Shown in pieces: positions 48,204 through 58,430 of a DNA stretch of 64,000 nt. The translations under genes were made by a program, and so were the position numbers. The notes under the pieces were generated by a model. That model was not told the DNA's origin. It searched no databases and was given only the letters and a program-made list of their open reading frames with translations. Origin of the DNA: an uncultured bacterium (GTDB lineage: Bacteria; Patescibacteriota; Minisyncoccia; Phycocordibacterales; UBA9973); the NCBI GenBank assembly GCA_903892035.1, contig CAITGV010000001.1, positions 18,578 to 82,577 of the forward strand, read 5' to 3'. Each line of letters starts with the position of its first letter. The stretch's first letter is position 1.

Positions 48204-48232
48204 ATTATACCAAAGATTTTTTGTAAGTAAAG
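48204..48232 (-). promoter_or_regulatory. candidate sigma70 promoter for rnpB (-35 TTTACT, -10 TATAAT)
   Basis: -10 TATAAT (rc of 48204-48209) with a 16-nt spacer to TTTACT; transcript would start at P1. Confidence 0.4.
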
Positions 48233-48281
48233 GGGGTTTGGAACGTCATAGTATGTAAGTAAATTAAGCATAATATGGGGC

Positions 48282-48310
48282 TTGACAAAAGCTATTCAAT
48301 TTGCTATAAT
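48282..48310 (+). promoter_or_regulatory. consensus sigma70 promoter (TTGACA-17-TATAAT) for the 726-aa surface protein gene
   Basis: TTGACA at 48282-48287, 17-nt spacer, TATAAT at 48305-48310, ~40 nt before ATG 48353. Confidence 0.55.
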
Positions 48311-48352
48311 ATACCAATATAGAGTTAAATTATAAATTTTCGCAAAAAATAT

Positions 48353-50533
48353 ATGCAAAATAAAATTAACAAAACAATCATAGTTCTCGCTTTTGCCATC
48401 TTTGGCCTCTTTGGTGCAACCAACGCTTTCGCCGCAACACCAACAATAAGCACAGGGGCGTATAGCGCACTTACACAAACTTCAGTAAATATTTCTGGTG
48501 CTTATATTTTAAATGGTGGCTCAACTATTGATGTTTGGTTTGATTATGGCACTACACCATTAATGACTTCACATACTGCACATCAAACATTCATAAATTC
48601 AAACGGAGTTTTCAATGCTCAACTTACACTTCAATCAGGTACACAATATTATTATCGAGCGATGGGTATTGTTCCACTAAATGGTTTGGGTTATGGATCA
48701 CCAAACAATTTCATTTCACCAACTTACCCCCTACCAACAGTCACAACAGGCTCAGGACTTGCAAATTCACAAAGTACAGCAACTTTAAATGGTTACTTTA
48801 ATGATAATGGTTATGCAACTCAAACAAGATTTGAATATGCAAATAACAGTTCGATGATTGGTTCAAGTTTTACTACTTGGACAAATCAAAGTGCTCATTC
48901 AGGAATTTTTTCTGATTCTATTTCTGGATTAAATTCAAATACAACATATTACTTCCGCGCAATTGCGACAAATGCAGGAGGTACTGCGACAGCAACTTCA
49001 ATAGTACATTTCACAACTTCACCTATTCAGCAACAACAAAATGCTTGTACTATAACTTCTTTCACAGCAAGTCCTTCGCAAATTACTACTGGAAATTCAA
49101 CTACACTTTATTATCAAACATCAAATTGTACTACTCTTTCAATTTCTCCAAATGTAAACTCAACAGTTAGTGTAAACAATTCTTCAGTAAATACAGGAAT
49201 ACTTACCACAACTACAACATATACACTTTCAGCAATGGGACTTTACAATAGTCATGATACTGCTCAAGTGACTGTCACAGTAATTCCAAACAATAACAAT
49301 ACTTACTCTTGTGCAATTTCTTACTTCAATGCTTCCCCATCTACAATATACGGAACTTCTGGATATTCTACTCTTTCATGGAATACAACAAACTGTAATA
49401 ATGCTTACATAAACGGAATTGGAAGTGTAGCAACTAGTGGATCAATTTCTACAGGAAATATTTACAACACTACAACCTACACATTGAATGCTTCTGGAAC
49501 TGTTGGTTCAACAAATGCTCAAACAGTAGTGACATTGATAAATAGTAACAACAACAATAACAATAATAACTGGAACTACAATTACCCTGTTTGTACTATT
49601 GATTATTTCAATGCATCTCCAAATAATATAAATGCTGGTTCATCTGCAACAATTTCTTGGAATACTTCAAATTGTTCATCTGTATCAATGTCAAACTTCG
49701 GCTCAGTTGCAACTAGTGGATCAATTTCAACTGGCACACTTTATGCCACAAGAAGTTATGTGCTCTATGCATACGGACAAAACTCATCACCTTCAATACC
49801 GATCACTGTGACTGTAAATAATAATTACAACAATTATTACACTCCACCCGTAACTACAACATATACAAATTATACAAACCCGACACCTATTGTTTACACT
49901 TACCCAACAACGACTTACACACAAACAAATACTCAAACATCAAATACAACTAATACAAATAGTTATATAGATTCAAAATCTCCTTACATGCAACTCTCTG
50001 TAAAAAATGCTCTAGCAAATGTTTGTCCCGCAGATGTTATAGAAAATACAGTTAACTATAAAAATATCTCAGGCCACACACTTACAAATGTCATATTGAA
50101 AATTACTTTATCAAAACAACTAACTTTCAATAGAACAAGCGAAGGTAGCTACAGTTCAAATGATAATTCAGTATTAGTAAATATCGGTACGATGGTAGCA
50201 GGTCAAGGTAATGCAGTCACAATTTCAGGAACAGTAAATGGAAATACAGCAAATGGAGACACTCTTGTGACGACAGCAAATATTTCTTTCACCAACGTAA
50301 GTGCCAATGGAGACAGTGCAGTTGCTTATGCAACAAATAAGGTCGAGAATTGTAGTAATGCAAGTTCACAAACAGCTGCCGCATTTTTCTCAGGAGGAAC
50401 TTTCTTCCCGACAACTATTGGTGGATGGCTCTTGCTTATAATCATCATCCTTATCGTAGTTGTACTTTCAAGAATGCTTTCAAAGAAAGATACTCACCAT
50501 GTTCAACATGGCCCAGTACCAACGCATCATTAA
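48353..50533 (+). CDS. cell-surface protein: signal peptide, three tandem ~95-aa Cys-pair Ig-like repeats, Asn run, DUF11-like repeat, C-terminal TM anchor
   Basis: Repeats CTITSFTASPSQI.../CAISYFNASPSTI.../CTIDYFNASPNNI...; C-terminal GGWLLLIIIILIVVVLSRMLSKK. Confidence 0.65.
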   Translation: MQNKINKTIIVLAFAIFGLFGATNAFAATPTISTGAYSALTQTSVNISGAYILNGGSTIDVWFDYGTTPLMTSHTAHQTFINSNGVFNAQLTLQSGTQYYYRAMGIVPLNGLGYGSPNNFISPTYPLPTVTTGSGLANSQSTATLNGYFNDNGYATQTRFEYANNSSMIGSSFTTWTNQSAHSGIFSDSISGLNSNTTYYFRAIATNAGGTATATSIVHFTTSPIQQQQNACTITSFTASPSQITTGNSTTLYYQTSNCTTLSISPNVNSTVSVNNSSVNTGILTTTTTYTLSAMGLYNSHDTAQVTVTVIPNNNNTYSCAISYFNASPSTIYGTSGYSTLSWNTTNCNNAYINGIGSVATSGSISTGNIYNTTTYTLNASGTVGSTNAQTVVTLINSNNNNNNNNWNYNYPVCTIDYFNASPNNINAGSSATISWNTSNCSSVSMSNFGSVATSGSISTGTLYATRSYVLYAYGQNSSPSIPITVTVNNNYNNYYTPPVTTTYTNYTNPTPIVYTYPTTTYTQTNTQTSNTTNTNSYIDSKSPYMQLSVKNALANVCPADVIENTVNYKNISGHTLTNVILKITLSKQLTFNRTSEGSYSSNDNSVLVNIGTMVAGQGNAVTISGTVNGNTANGDTLVTTANISFTNVSANGDSAVAYATNKVENCSNASSQTAAAFFSGGTFFPTTIGGWLLLIIIILIVVVLSRMLSKKDTHHVQHGPVPTHH

Positions 50534-50634
50534 AATACAACCCATCCGTCCTTCGGACACCTTCCCTTATCAAGGAAGGAATAAATTCAAAATACAAAAA
50601 CTCCCCATTTGGGGAGTTTTTGTATTTTGAAAAA
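50534..50634 (-). repeat. structured intergenic repeat, copy C (inverted relative to A and B), includes a 19-bp perfect palindromic terminator
   Basis: Reverse complement matches copy A over the TTCCTTCCTTGATAAGGGAAGGTG(C/T)CC(A/G)AAGG(G/A)CGGATGGG block; CAAAATACAAAAACTCCCC/GGGGAGTTTTTGTATTTTG. Confidence 0.6.
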
Positions 50635-52278
50635 TTAATTCACTGCGTATGGAATCGTAGCGCACATGCCAGATGAAAATCCGCCAAATGCTAGATTTCC
50701 AATATCAGATACTTGTGTCCAGTTCGCACCGTCTGAAGAACTCCAAACCAAACTTGAATTACCAGTACTCATTTGTCCTCCAATCAAAAATATTTTGTGA
50801 TTAAAAACCAAAACACACGGAGTCTGCAATCCTCCCCATGGTGCACTCGCTGTTACTTGTGTCCAGCTTATTCCATCGCTTGAATTCCAGACATCAGATT
50901 GATTCTGACCCGAAAGATCTGCTCCTCCAAAAATCCAAATTTTTCCGCTATAAGTCAACGCAGAAAAATTATAACGTGCTGTCCAAGGTGCATGTTGCGT
51001 TATTTGAGTCCAAGTAACACCGCTATCGGACGAAGACCAAACATCGTTATAGATATTAGGATAATTTGCCCCGCCCATCATGAATAATTTATTTCCCATG
51101 GCTGCAACTGCTCCAGATATGCGAGTAGGCGATATTTGTGGAGTAGAAATATGCGTCCAATTATTTCCATCTGGGCTTCTCCACAAGCTATTGAAAACAT
51201 TTAAAACTTGCTGACTATCATCTTTTCCACCAAAAAGATAATCATACTTCGGAGTAGTAGAAGTTGGATCACTCTGAACTACCATGTAATTATTTTCTGG
51301 GAAATATGCTGGAACGTTTGTAGTTGTATCTGTCCAAGTAATTCCATCTGGAGATGATTTGCTCGAAAACTCGGTAGGATTTATGTACGTCGGACTATAG
51401 AAAAAACTTGAGCCATAATCTCTAAACAATCCGTTGAAATAGTTACCGCCAGCATACGGAGCAGTAACATCAGCAAAAGGATACCAGTGGGTCAACTCAT
51501 GCCAATTTCCTCCGGCAGTGTCTGACTTTAAAACAAGCGTCTCAGCTGCACAGTGAGAATTATCACAGCTCGCATTTGAGCGAAATCCATAGAGCCAAAT
51601 ATATGGTTGCGGTGTTTGTGTTACGGGTCTAAATATTGTAATTGTTTGCCCTGTTGCACCAAGTGTCTGAGTATATGTTCCATGAGAAAGTTGTCCGACC
51701 GCATTTACAAACAAAACGGTTTGGATAGTTCCCGCTTGAGCTCCGCCAAAATCAGAGTAAATATCTAGTATAATACTTTGATTTTGAGAAAGCATAACAG
51801 TTGTTGGATTTATTAATAATGGATTTGGACTAAAGCCTGTAGAATAATTTTGTGAAATTTGTGTATTACCTAAATTAACTGAAACATTTGTAAAATCAGC
51901 GGTTGTCACAGTGACTACGCCCGCAAAAGGTTTAATGAGAGATAATTGAACGGTTTCATTTGTACTATTCGTAACGACATATGATGCTATTTTAAAATGA
52001 TGAGTATAAGCAGGAATTGTCTGGTCACCATATGCTGTATTTCTTACAATAGTCACATTTCCAGACATTGGTGGAGTGTATAAAGTAGCACCAGTATTAT
52101 CGACTGATGGTGAAATATCTGGAGCTTTTTGTATAGTTCCAGCTGAAAAAAATCTCCCAACTGCACCTTGTTGGCCAGACAAATTTAATGCGCTGTTTGC
52201 GACGACGTAACCGATACCGATTACAAAAATACCGAGAACAATTAATTTAATAATTTTACTAGATTTGTTTTGATTCAT
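50635..52278 (-). CDS. exported Kelch-repeat beta-propeller protein
   Basis: Start at MNQNKSSKIIKLIVLGIFVIG; C-terminal half has repeated ...W..V...P....SA....GKI...GG.. Kelch-like blades. Confidence 0.65.
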   Translation of the reverse strand: MNQNKSSKIIKLIVLGIFVIGIGYVVANSALNLSGQQGAVGRFFSAGTIQKAPDISPSVDNTGATLYTPPMSGNVTIVRNTAYGDQTIPAYTHHFKIASYVVTNSTNETVQLSLIKPFAGVVTVTTADFTNVSVNLGNTQISQNYSTGFSPNPLLINPTTVMLSQNQSIILDIYSDFGGAQAGTIQTVLFVNAVGQLSHGTYTQTLGATGQTITIFRPVTQTPQPYIWLYGFRSNASCDNSHCAAETLVLKSDTAGGNWHELTHWYPFADVTAPYAGGNYFNGLFRDYGSSFFYSPTYINPTEFSSKSSPDGITWTDTTTNVPAYFPENNYMVVQSDPTSTTPKYDYLFGGKDDSQQVLNVFNSLWRSPDGNNWTHISTPQISPTRISGAVAAMGNKLFMMGGANYPNIYNDVWSSSDSGVTWTQITQHAPWTARYNFSALTYSGKIWIFGGADLSGQNQSDVWNSSDGISWTQVTASAPWGGLQTPCVLVFNHKIFLIGGQMSTGNSSLVWSSSDGANWTQVSDIGNLAFGGFSSGMCATIPYAVN

Positions 52279-52324
52279 AATATTGTAAGTGTAACACTCA
52301 CGAATAATAAAACAAGCAAACAAA

Positions 52325-52360
52325 AACCACCCCGACTTTTGGTCGGGGTGGTTTTTGTTC
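52325..52360. terminator. bidirectional hairpin terminator (AAAAACCACCCCGAC-TTTTG-GTCGGGGTGGTTTTT)
   Basis: 14-bp stem; downstream of the 16S gene and upstream of the Kelch gene. Confidence 0.6.
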
Positions 52361-52504
52361 TTTTATACTCTTTATTTTGTTCCGTTCTCTTTTTTCTGTT
52401 CTTTGACAGATGTCATATCGTTTTGAGTTCGATCAAACTTTTCTATGCTCAATTGAGGCATAGAAAATCGACGCCGTAAATCTTAAATCTCGCGAACGAG
52501 ATAG

Positions 52505-54120
<1,616 letters not shown>

Positions 54121-54292
54121 AAATTGTTATAAATAACAATAGTTTGTGAGAACGGAACAAAATAAAAAGTATAATTTTTATGTGCTCACATTTTTAGGAA
54201 ATAGCTCTTAATTATATAGAAACTTGCATCTAATTATGTCTTGTATTCACTATTCCGTTGTAAAAGAAAGCGCCTAAAAAAGACGCTTAACT

Positions 54293-54320
54293 AGTATATA
54301 GATTTGAAAATAAAAGTCAA
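54293..54320 (-). promoter_or_regulatory. candidate 16S promoter (-35 TTGACT, 16-nt spacer, -10 TATACT)
   Basis: rc of 54315-54320 = TTGACT; rc of 54293-54298 = TATACT; ~170 nt upstream of the mature 16S 5' end. Confidence 0.4.
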
Positions 54321-54348
54321 GCGTTTATCACCTTTCCAAACAAGCAAT

Positions 54349-54376
54349 CAAAAACCCCTTAAAATAAGGGGTTTTT
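54349..54376. terminator. hairpin terminator (AAAAACCCCTTA-AAA-TAAGGGGTTTTT)
   Basis: Downstream of the minus-strand gene ending at 54393. Confidence 0.6.
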
Positions 54377-54392
54377 GAGGAATTTTATAATA

Positions 54393-55127
54393 TTATTTAG
54401 TCGAATTATTTGTACCACCTACACTAGCTGTTGAAGTCATAGTACATACAAGTTCCCAACCATTATTGTGAACTGAACCTGTTGCCCCTCCACCACAGTT
54501 ACAAGAATCCCCAACCTTAGCCTGGCCACCAACATTGTAGTTTGGGCAACCTGCTCCATATGGCATTTGTGCTGTGTGAGTACTATTATAAATTATTGAT
54601 GCTTGAACCTGAGCACGAGTTGCATTATCAAATTTTCCTGTGACAGTTAATTTATTTTTTGTTTGATATGCGCTCAATGCTTTTGCTGTATTAGAATCAA
54701 AAGTTCCAGTTTCTTTTCCTGTTAAATATTTTTGACTAATTAACATTGTTTGAAGTTCTGAAACTTGTCTTCCTGTTGAACCTATTGAAAGAGTTGTTTG
54801 ATTTGAATTTCCAACTGTTCCACTTCCATTATATGCAGTAGCTCCACCTGAACAAGTTCGTGGTACACCTGGCTGAACAGTTCCATTGTTTGATCCACAC
54901 GTACAAGCATCTCCTGGCCAAAGTCCACCCGGAGCAGAACAAGAAAAACCTCCATTCATTACTGTTGCTGTTCCTGAACCTAAACGATTACTCAAATTGG
55001 CACTTGCACTGGTTTGAAGAGCGTCGACTTGAGATTGTAAAGTATTAATGCGATTTGTCTGCACGAAAGACAAGCCTACCACTGCGACAAATGCTACGAG
55101 TAACCAAATTGTTGATGTTTTTGACAT
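54393..55127 (-). CDS. exported Cys/Gly-rich protein with peptidoglycan-binding (PG_binding_1-like) domain
   Basis: Signal/anchor; SELQTMLISQKYLTGKETGTFDSNTAKALSAYQTKNKLTVTGKFDNAT resembles the PG-binding domain. Confidence 0.55.
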   Translation of the reverse strand: MSKTSTIWLLVAFVAVVGLSFVQTNRINTLQSQVDALQTSASANLSNRLGSGTATVMNGGFSCSAPGGLWPGDACTCGSNNGTVQPGVPRTCSGGATAYNGSGTVGNSNQTTLSIGSTGRQVSELQTMLISQKYLTGKETGTFDSNTAKALSAYQTKNKLTVTGKFDNATRAQVQASIIYNSTHTAQMPYGAGCPNYNVGGQAKVGDSCNCGGGATGSVHNNGWELVCTMTSTASVGGTNNSTK

Positions 55128-55199
55128 ATTATTTTATTTGTTCGCCATTTTTTTATGTAAAGGCGAATTTATTAAGAACTAATAATAAAACCTTATAAT

Positions 55200-56246
55200 T
55201 TATTTCAAAAGTGAAAATGTTTCGTATTGATGATAAGCAAAACCTGAAAATGTTTTTGTGTATGTATTTAAATTTTCCAATTCAATAATTTTTGTTACCT
55301 CTCCTTTCATATACTCAAGTCCTTTAATTAAAGTTTGGGGTGCGTCAACTGTACCAATTTCGCGACTTCCACAGAAAGTAAAAATTTGTTCATTTGGATT
55401 TGCAAAACATTTTGTTTCAAGACCAATCACAACTTTCTTACCTACTGATGATGCATAGTTCATTTCACCTTTTGTTGCATCATAAACATCATATGCAGTA
55501 TCTCGGAAGCCCATCACTGTCGTAGTGTCAGCAATATCGATAACAAATGCGGCCAAGGACTTTGCTTCTTTACCCCTAGCAATCGAAGAAATACCATTCG
55601 CAGTGTCAAAAGAAGAAGGAATATCAACGTTTAAATCAATATTTGTACCTTTTAGTAATACATCTACAGAGGAGAGCATATTTAGGTATTTATTGGCAAT
55701 TGCTGGTCTATTTGCCCCACCATTTGTATTCCATGACTTATCAGCATAAGGCTCAACATCGAGGTGAATTGCTGTTGGTTTTGGACCAGATAAACTATTT
55801 GTAAAATCAATAGCTTCATTAACAAAATTTATTACTTTAAAAATATTTTTTCTATCTGCCCAATTTGATTCACCAGCAAGCAATTCTGTATTGATGCAAG
55901 ACGAATGAGCCTGAGAAATAAAATCTGCAAGTTTTGCTTTATTATCGTCACTTTTTCCTGTAATTATTCCATAACTACTTACATATACAGTATTGATTCC
56001 TTGGTCAGTAGCAAATTTAAAAAAATCAGCACGCTTTGTAGAGGATGCTGGATCATCGGTAACTATAGTACTATCCCAAAGCCACACTGCATTTATACTC
56101 GGCAAACGTGCAAGATCACAAACAGGAGCAACAACAGCGACTGGAGCTGTGTCTTTTGAAGGTGTGGTCGAAAGTGTATCAGCAAAGGAAGTTAAAGGTA
56201 AAAAGGAAAAAGCAGTAAAAACTAACGCAATAATCTTTCTATTCAT
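55200..56246 (-). CDS. exported hypothetical protein, possibly a TIM-barrel glycoside-hydrolase-like enzyme
   Basis: Signal peptide MNRKIIALVFTAFSFLPLTSFA; motifs GINTVYV and HLDVEPY; weak assignment. Confidence 0.4.
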   Translation of the reverse strand: MNRKIIALVFTAFSFLPLTSFADTLSTTPSKDTAPVAVVAPVCDLARLPSINAVWLWDSTIVTDDPASSTKRADFFKFATDQGINTVYVSSYGIITGKSDDNKAKLADFISQAHSSCINTELLAGESNWADRKNIFKVINFVNEAIDFTNSLSGPKPTAIHLDVEPYADKSWNTNGGANRPAIANKYLNMLSSVDVLLKGTNIDLNVDIPSSFDTANGISSIARGKEAKSLAAFVIDIADTTTVMGFRDTAYDVYDATKGEMNYASSVGKKVVIGLETKCFANPNEQIFTFCGSREIGTVDAPQTLIKGLEYMKGEVTKIIELENLNTYTKTFSGFAYHQYETFSLLK

Positions 56247-56328
56247 AGGTATTATATATGGTAGCGTGGATACAACTAAAGGTCAAGTAAGATGTCCCCA
56301 ACTTGCATTTTATCTACATTTTAGTATA

Positions 56329-56571
56329 ATGACCCCAATGCATATTTTGGCCAAGATTCTACCCTATATACAGATAATTCTCTCAATACTCCTCGTCCTT
56401 GGAGTACTTTTTCAACAATCCGGAGCAGGCCTAGGTGGCGCACTCGGAGGTGGTGACGGAGGTGCTACATACCACACAAAAAGAGGCTTTGAGAAATTTC
56501 TTTTTTACTTCACAATTGTAGTTGGTTTTCTTTTCGCTGTTTCTGCCTTTTTGACCATTATCGTCAAATAG
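56329..56571 (+). CDS. secG: preprotein translocase subunit SecG (80 aa)
   Basis: LVLGVLFQQSGAGLGGALGGG....FLF.FTIVVGFLFAVSAFLTII is the SecG signature. The 192-aa ORF-track frame is trimmed to this internal ATG because its N-terminal part is antisense to the 55200..56246 gene. Confidence 0.8.
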   Translation: MTPMHILAKILPYIQIILSILLVLGVLFQQSGAGLGGALGGGDGGATYHTKRGFEKFLFYFTIVVGFLFAVSAFLTIIVK

Positions 56572-56613
56572 CTTCCTCGCTAAAATAACGGAAGCTTTAT
56601 ATAACTCGTCATC

Positions 56614-58377
56614 ATGCGTAAATTTTATAGTTTCATTCGTGAATTCAAAATTCCAAAAAAAGCTGAACTAAATGAAGTCTTTCATTCTTTTAGTAAAAAA
56701 GAAGTATTTGTATTAATAACATTTACTGTAGTTTTTGCTGTGACAATTTTAATAATGCTACAACGTATAAATAATCACTTTACTATCGAAGTTCCGGCTA
56801 GTGGTGGCTCGCTCACCGAAGGAGTGATCGGCACACCGCGCTTTATAAATCCCCTTTTAGCCATTTCTGAAGCAGATAAAGATATGACTACTTTGGTTTA
56901 CTCTGGACTAATGCGTAAAATGCCAAATGGTGAACTCATCCCAGATTTAGCAAAGTCTTATGAAATTTCATCAAATGGATTGATTTACACTTTTCACCTG
57001 AAAGATAAAATATATTTTCAAGACAATACACCAGTCACTGCAGACGATGTAGTATTTACGATTACAAAAGCTAAAGATACAGGGCTAAAAAGTCCAAGAG
57101 CGGCAAATTGGACTGGAGTAAATGCAGAAAAAATTGATGCAAACACAGTACGACTCACACTCAAACAACCATACGCATCATTTCTCGACTACACAACTAT
57201 AGGAATTTTACCAGAACATCTCTGGCAAAATCTCTCCGACGAAGAATGGAGCTTCAGTAATTTGAATACAAAAAGTATTGGTTCTGGGCCTTATAAAATA
57301 AATTCAATAAGTAATAAATCTACAGGCATACCAGATTACTACAAACTAATTCCTTTCAATAAATTTGCACTTGGTAAACCTTACATAAACAATTTAGAAA
57401 TAAAATTTTATGCTAATGAAAAAGATCTATTAATAGGTCTTGAAAATGGTGAAGTCGAAAGTGTCGGTGGTATCGATGGAGAACAAGCAGAAAAACTTTC
57501 TGGTAGTGGTTACAATGTGGAAAGCGTTCCCCTACCAAGAATTTTTGGGCTATTCTTAAATGCCAACCAAGCACAAATTTTTTCTGATCCTGCAGTAGCG
57601 AAAGCTATGAATCTAGCAATTGATAAAAACAAAATTGTAAAAGAAATTTTGCACAGATATGGAACATCTATCGACAGCCCCATTCCTCCAAATATGCTTA
57701 TCTATACAGATATGTCTGGAAATAATTCCACAATTTCAGATAATACTCAAAGTTCTGATCCTCAAGCAGCAAAAAATATTCTTACAAAAGATGGTTGGAT
57801 ACCAGATGCGAGTGGTATTATGTCAAAAAAAGTTGGTAAAAAACCAGTTATGCAATTAACTTTTTCAATTTCAACTGGTGACACACAAGAGTTGAAACAA
57901 ACTGCACAATACATAAAAGATGATCTTGCAAAAATAGGAATCCAGGTAGATATAAAACCCTATGAAGTAGGAAGTTTGAATCAAAGTGTAATTCGTCCAC
58001 GTAAATATGATGCGCTCCTATTTGGACAAATCATCAGTCATGATTCAGATTTATATGCATTTTGGCACTCATCACAAAGAAATGACCCCGGACTAAATGT
58101 TTCAATGTACACTAGTTCAAAAGCAGACAAAATACTAGAATCCGCAATTACCACACAAGATGAAAATGACAGAAGTGAAAAATATTTAGCATTTGCAGAT
58201 GAAATAAAAAAGGACATGCCGGCAATATTTATTTATTCACCAAAATTTGTTTACGTAGTTCCAAATGATATTTACGGATTAAAGTTGAATCACATAACAA
58301 CAAATGCGGACCGATTCAATACGATTTACAGTTGGTATATACAAACAGATAAGATTTGGAAAATTTTTTCTAAGTAG
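56614..58377 (+). CDS. ABC transporter substrate-binding protein, family 5 (oligopeptide/nickel-type), N-terminally anchored
   Basis: 587 aa; N-terminal TM then SBP_bac_5-like sequence (GGSLTEG..GTPRF.NP, LDY). Confidence 0.75.
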   Translation: MRKFYSFIREFKIPKKAELNEVFHSFSKKEVFVLITFTVVFAVTILIMLQRINNHFTIEVPASGGSLTEGVIGTPRFINPLLAISEADKDMTTLVYSGLMRKMPNGELIPDLAKSYEISSNGLIYTFHLKDKIYFQDNTPVTADDVVFTITKAKDTGLKSPRAANWTGVNAEKIDANTVRLTLKQPYASFLDYTTIGILPEHLWQNLSDEEWSFSNLNTKSIGSGPYKINSISNKSTGIPDYYKLIPFNKFALGKPYINNLEIKFYANEKDLLIGLENGEVESVGGIDGEQAEKLSGSGYNVESVPLPRIFGLFLNANQAQIFSDPAVAKAMNLAIDKNKIVKEILHRYGTSIDSPIPPNMLIYTDMSGNNSTISDNTQSSDPQAAKNILTKDGWIPDASGIMSKKVGKKPVMQLTFSISTGDTQELKQTAQYIKDDLAKIGIQVDIKPYEVGSLNQSVIRPRKYDALLFGQIISHDSDLYAFWHSSQRNDPGLNVSMYTSSKADKILESAITTQDENDRSEKYLAFADEIKKDMPAIFIYSPKFVYVVPNDIYGLKLNHITTNADRFNTIYSWYIQTDKIWKIFSK

Positions 58378-58430
58378 ATTAATAATTAAATCGCCTCAAC
58401 GGCGACCCGCCGAAGAGGCGGAAACAAAAT

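Noticed and set aside
55993-56571. 192-aa + strand ORF from the ORF track
   Set aside because: Its first ~110 codons are antisense to the well-supported 55200..56246 gene and have no family signal; only the last 80 codons (from ATG 56329) are SecG. Called secG as 56329..56571.
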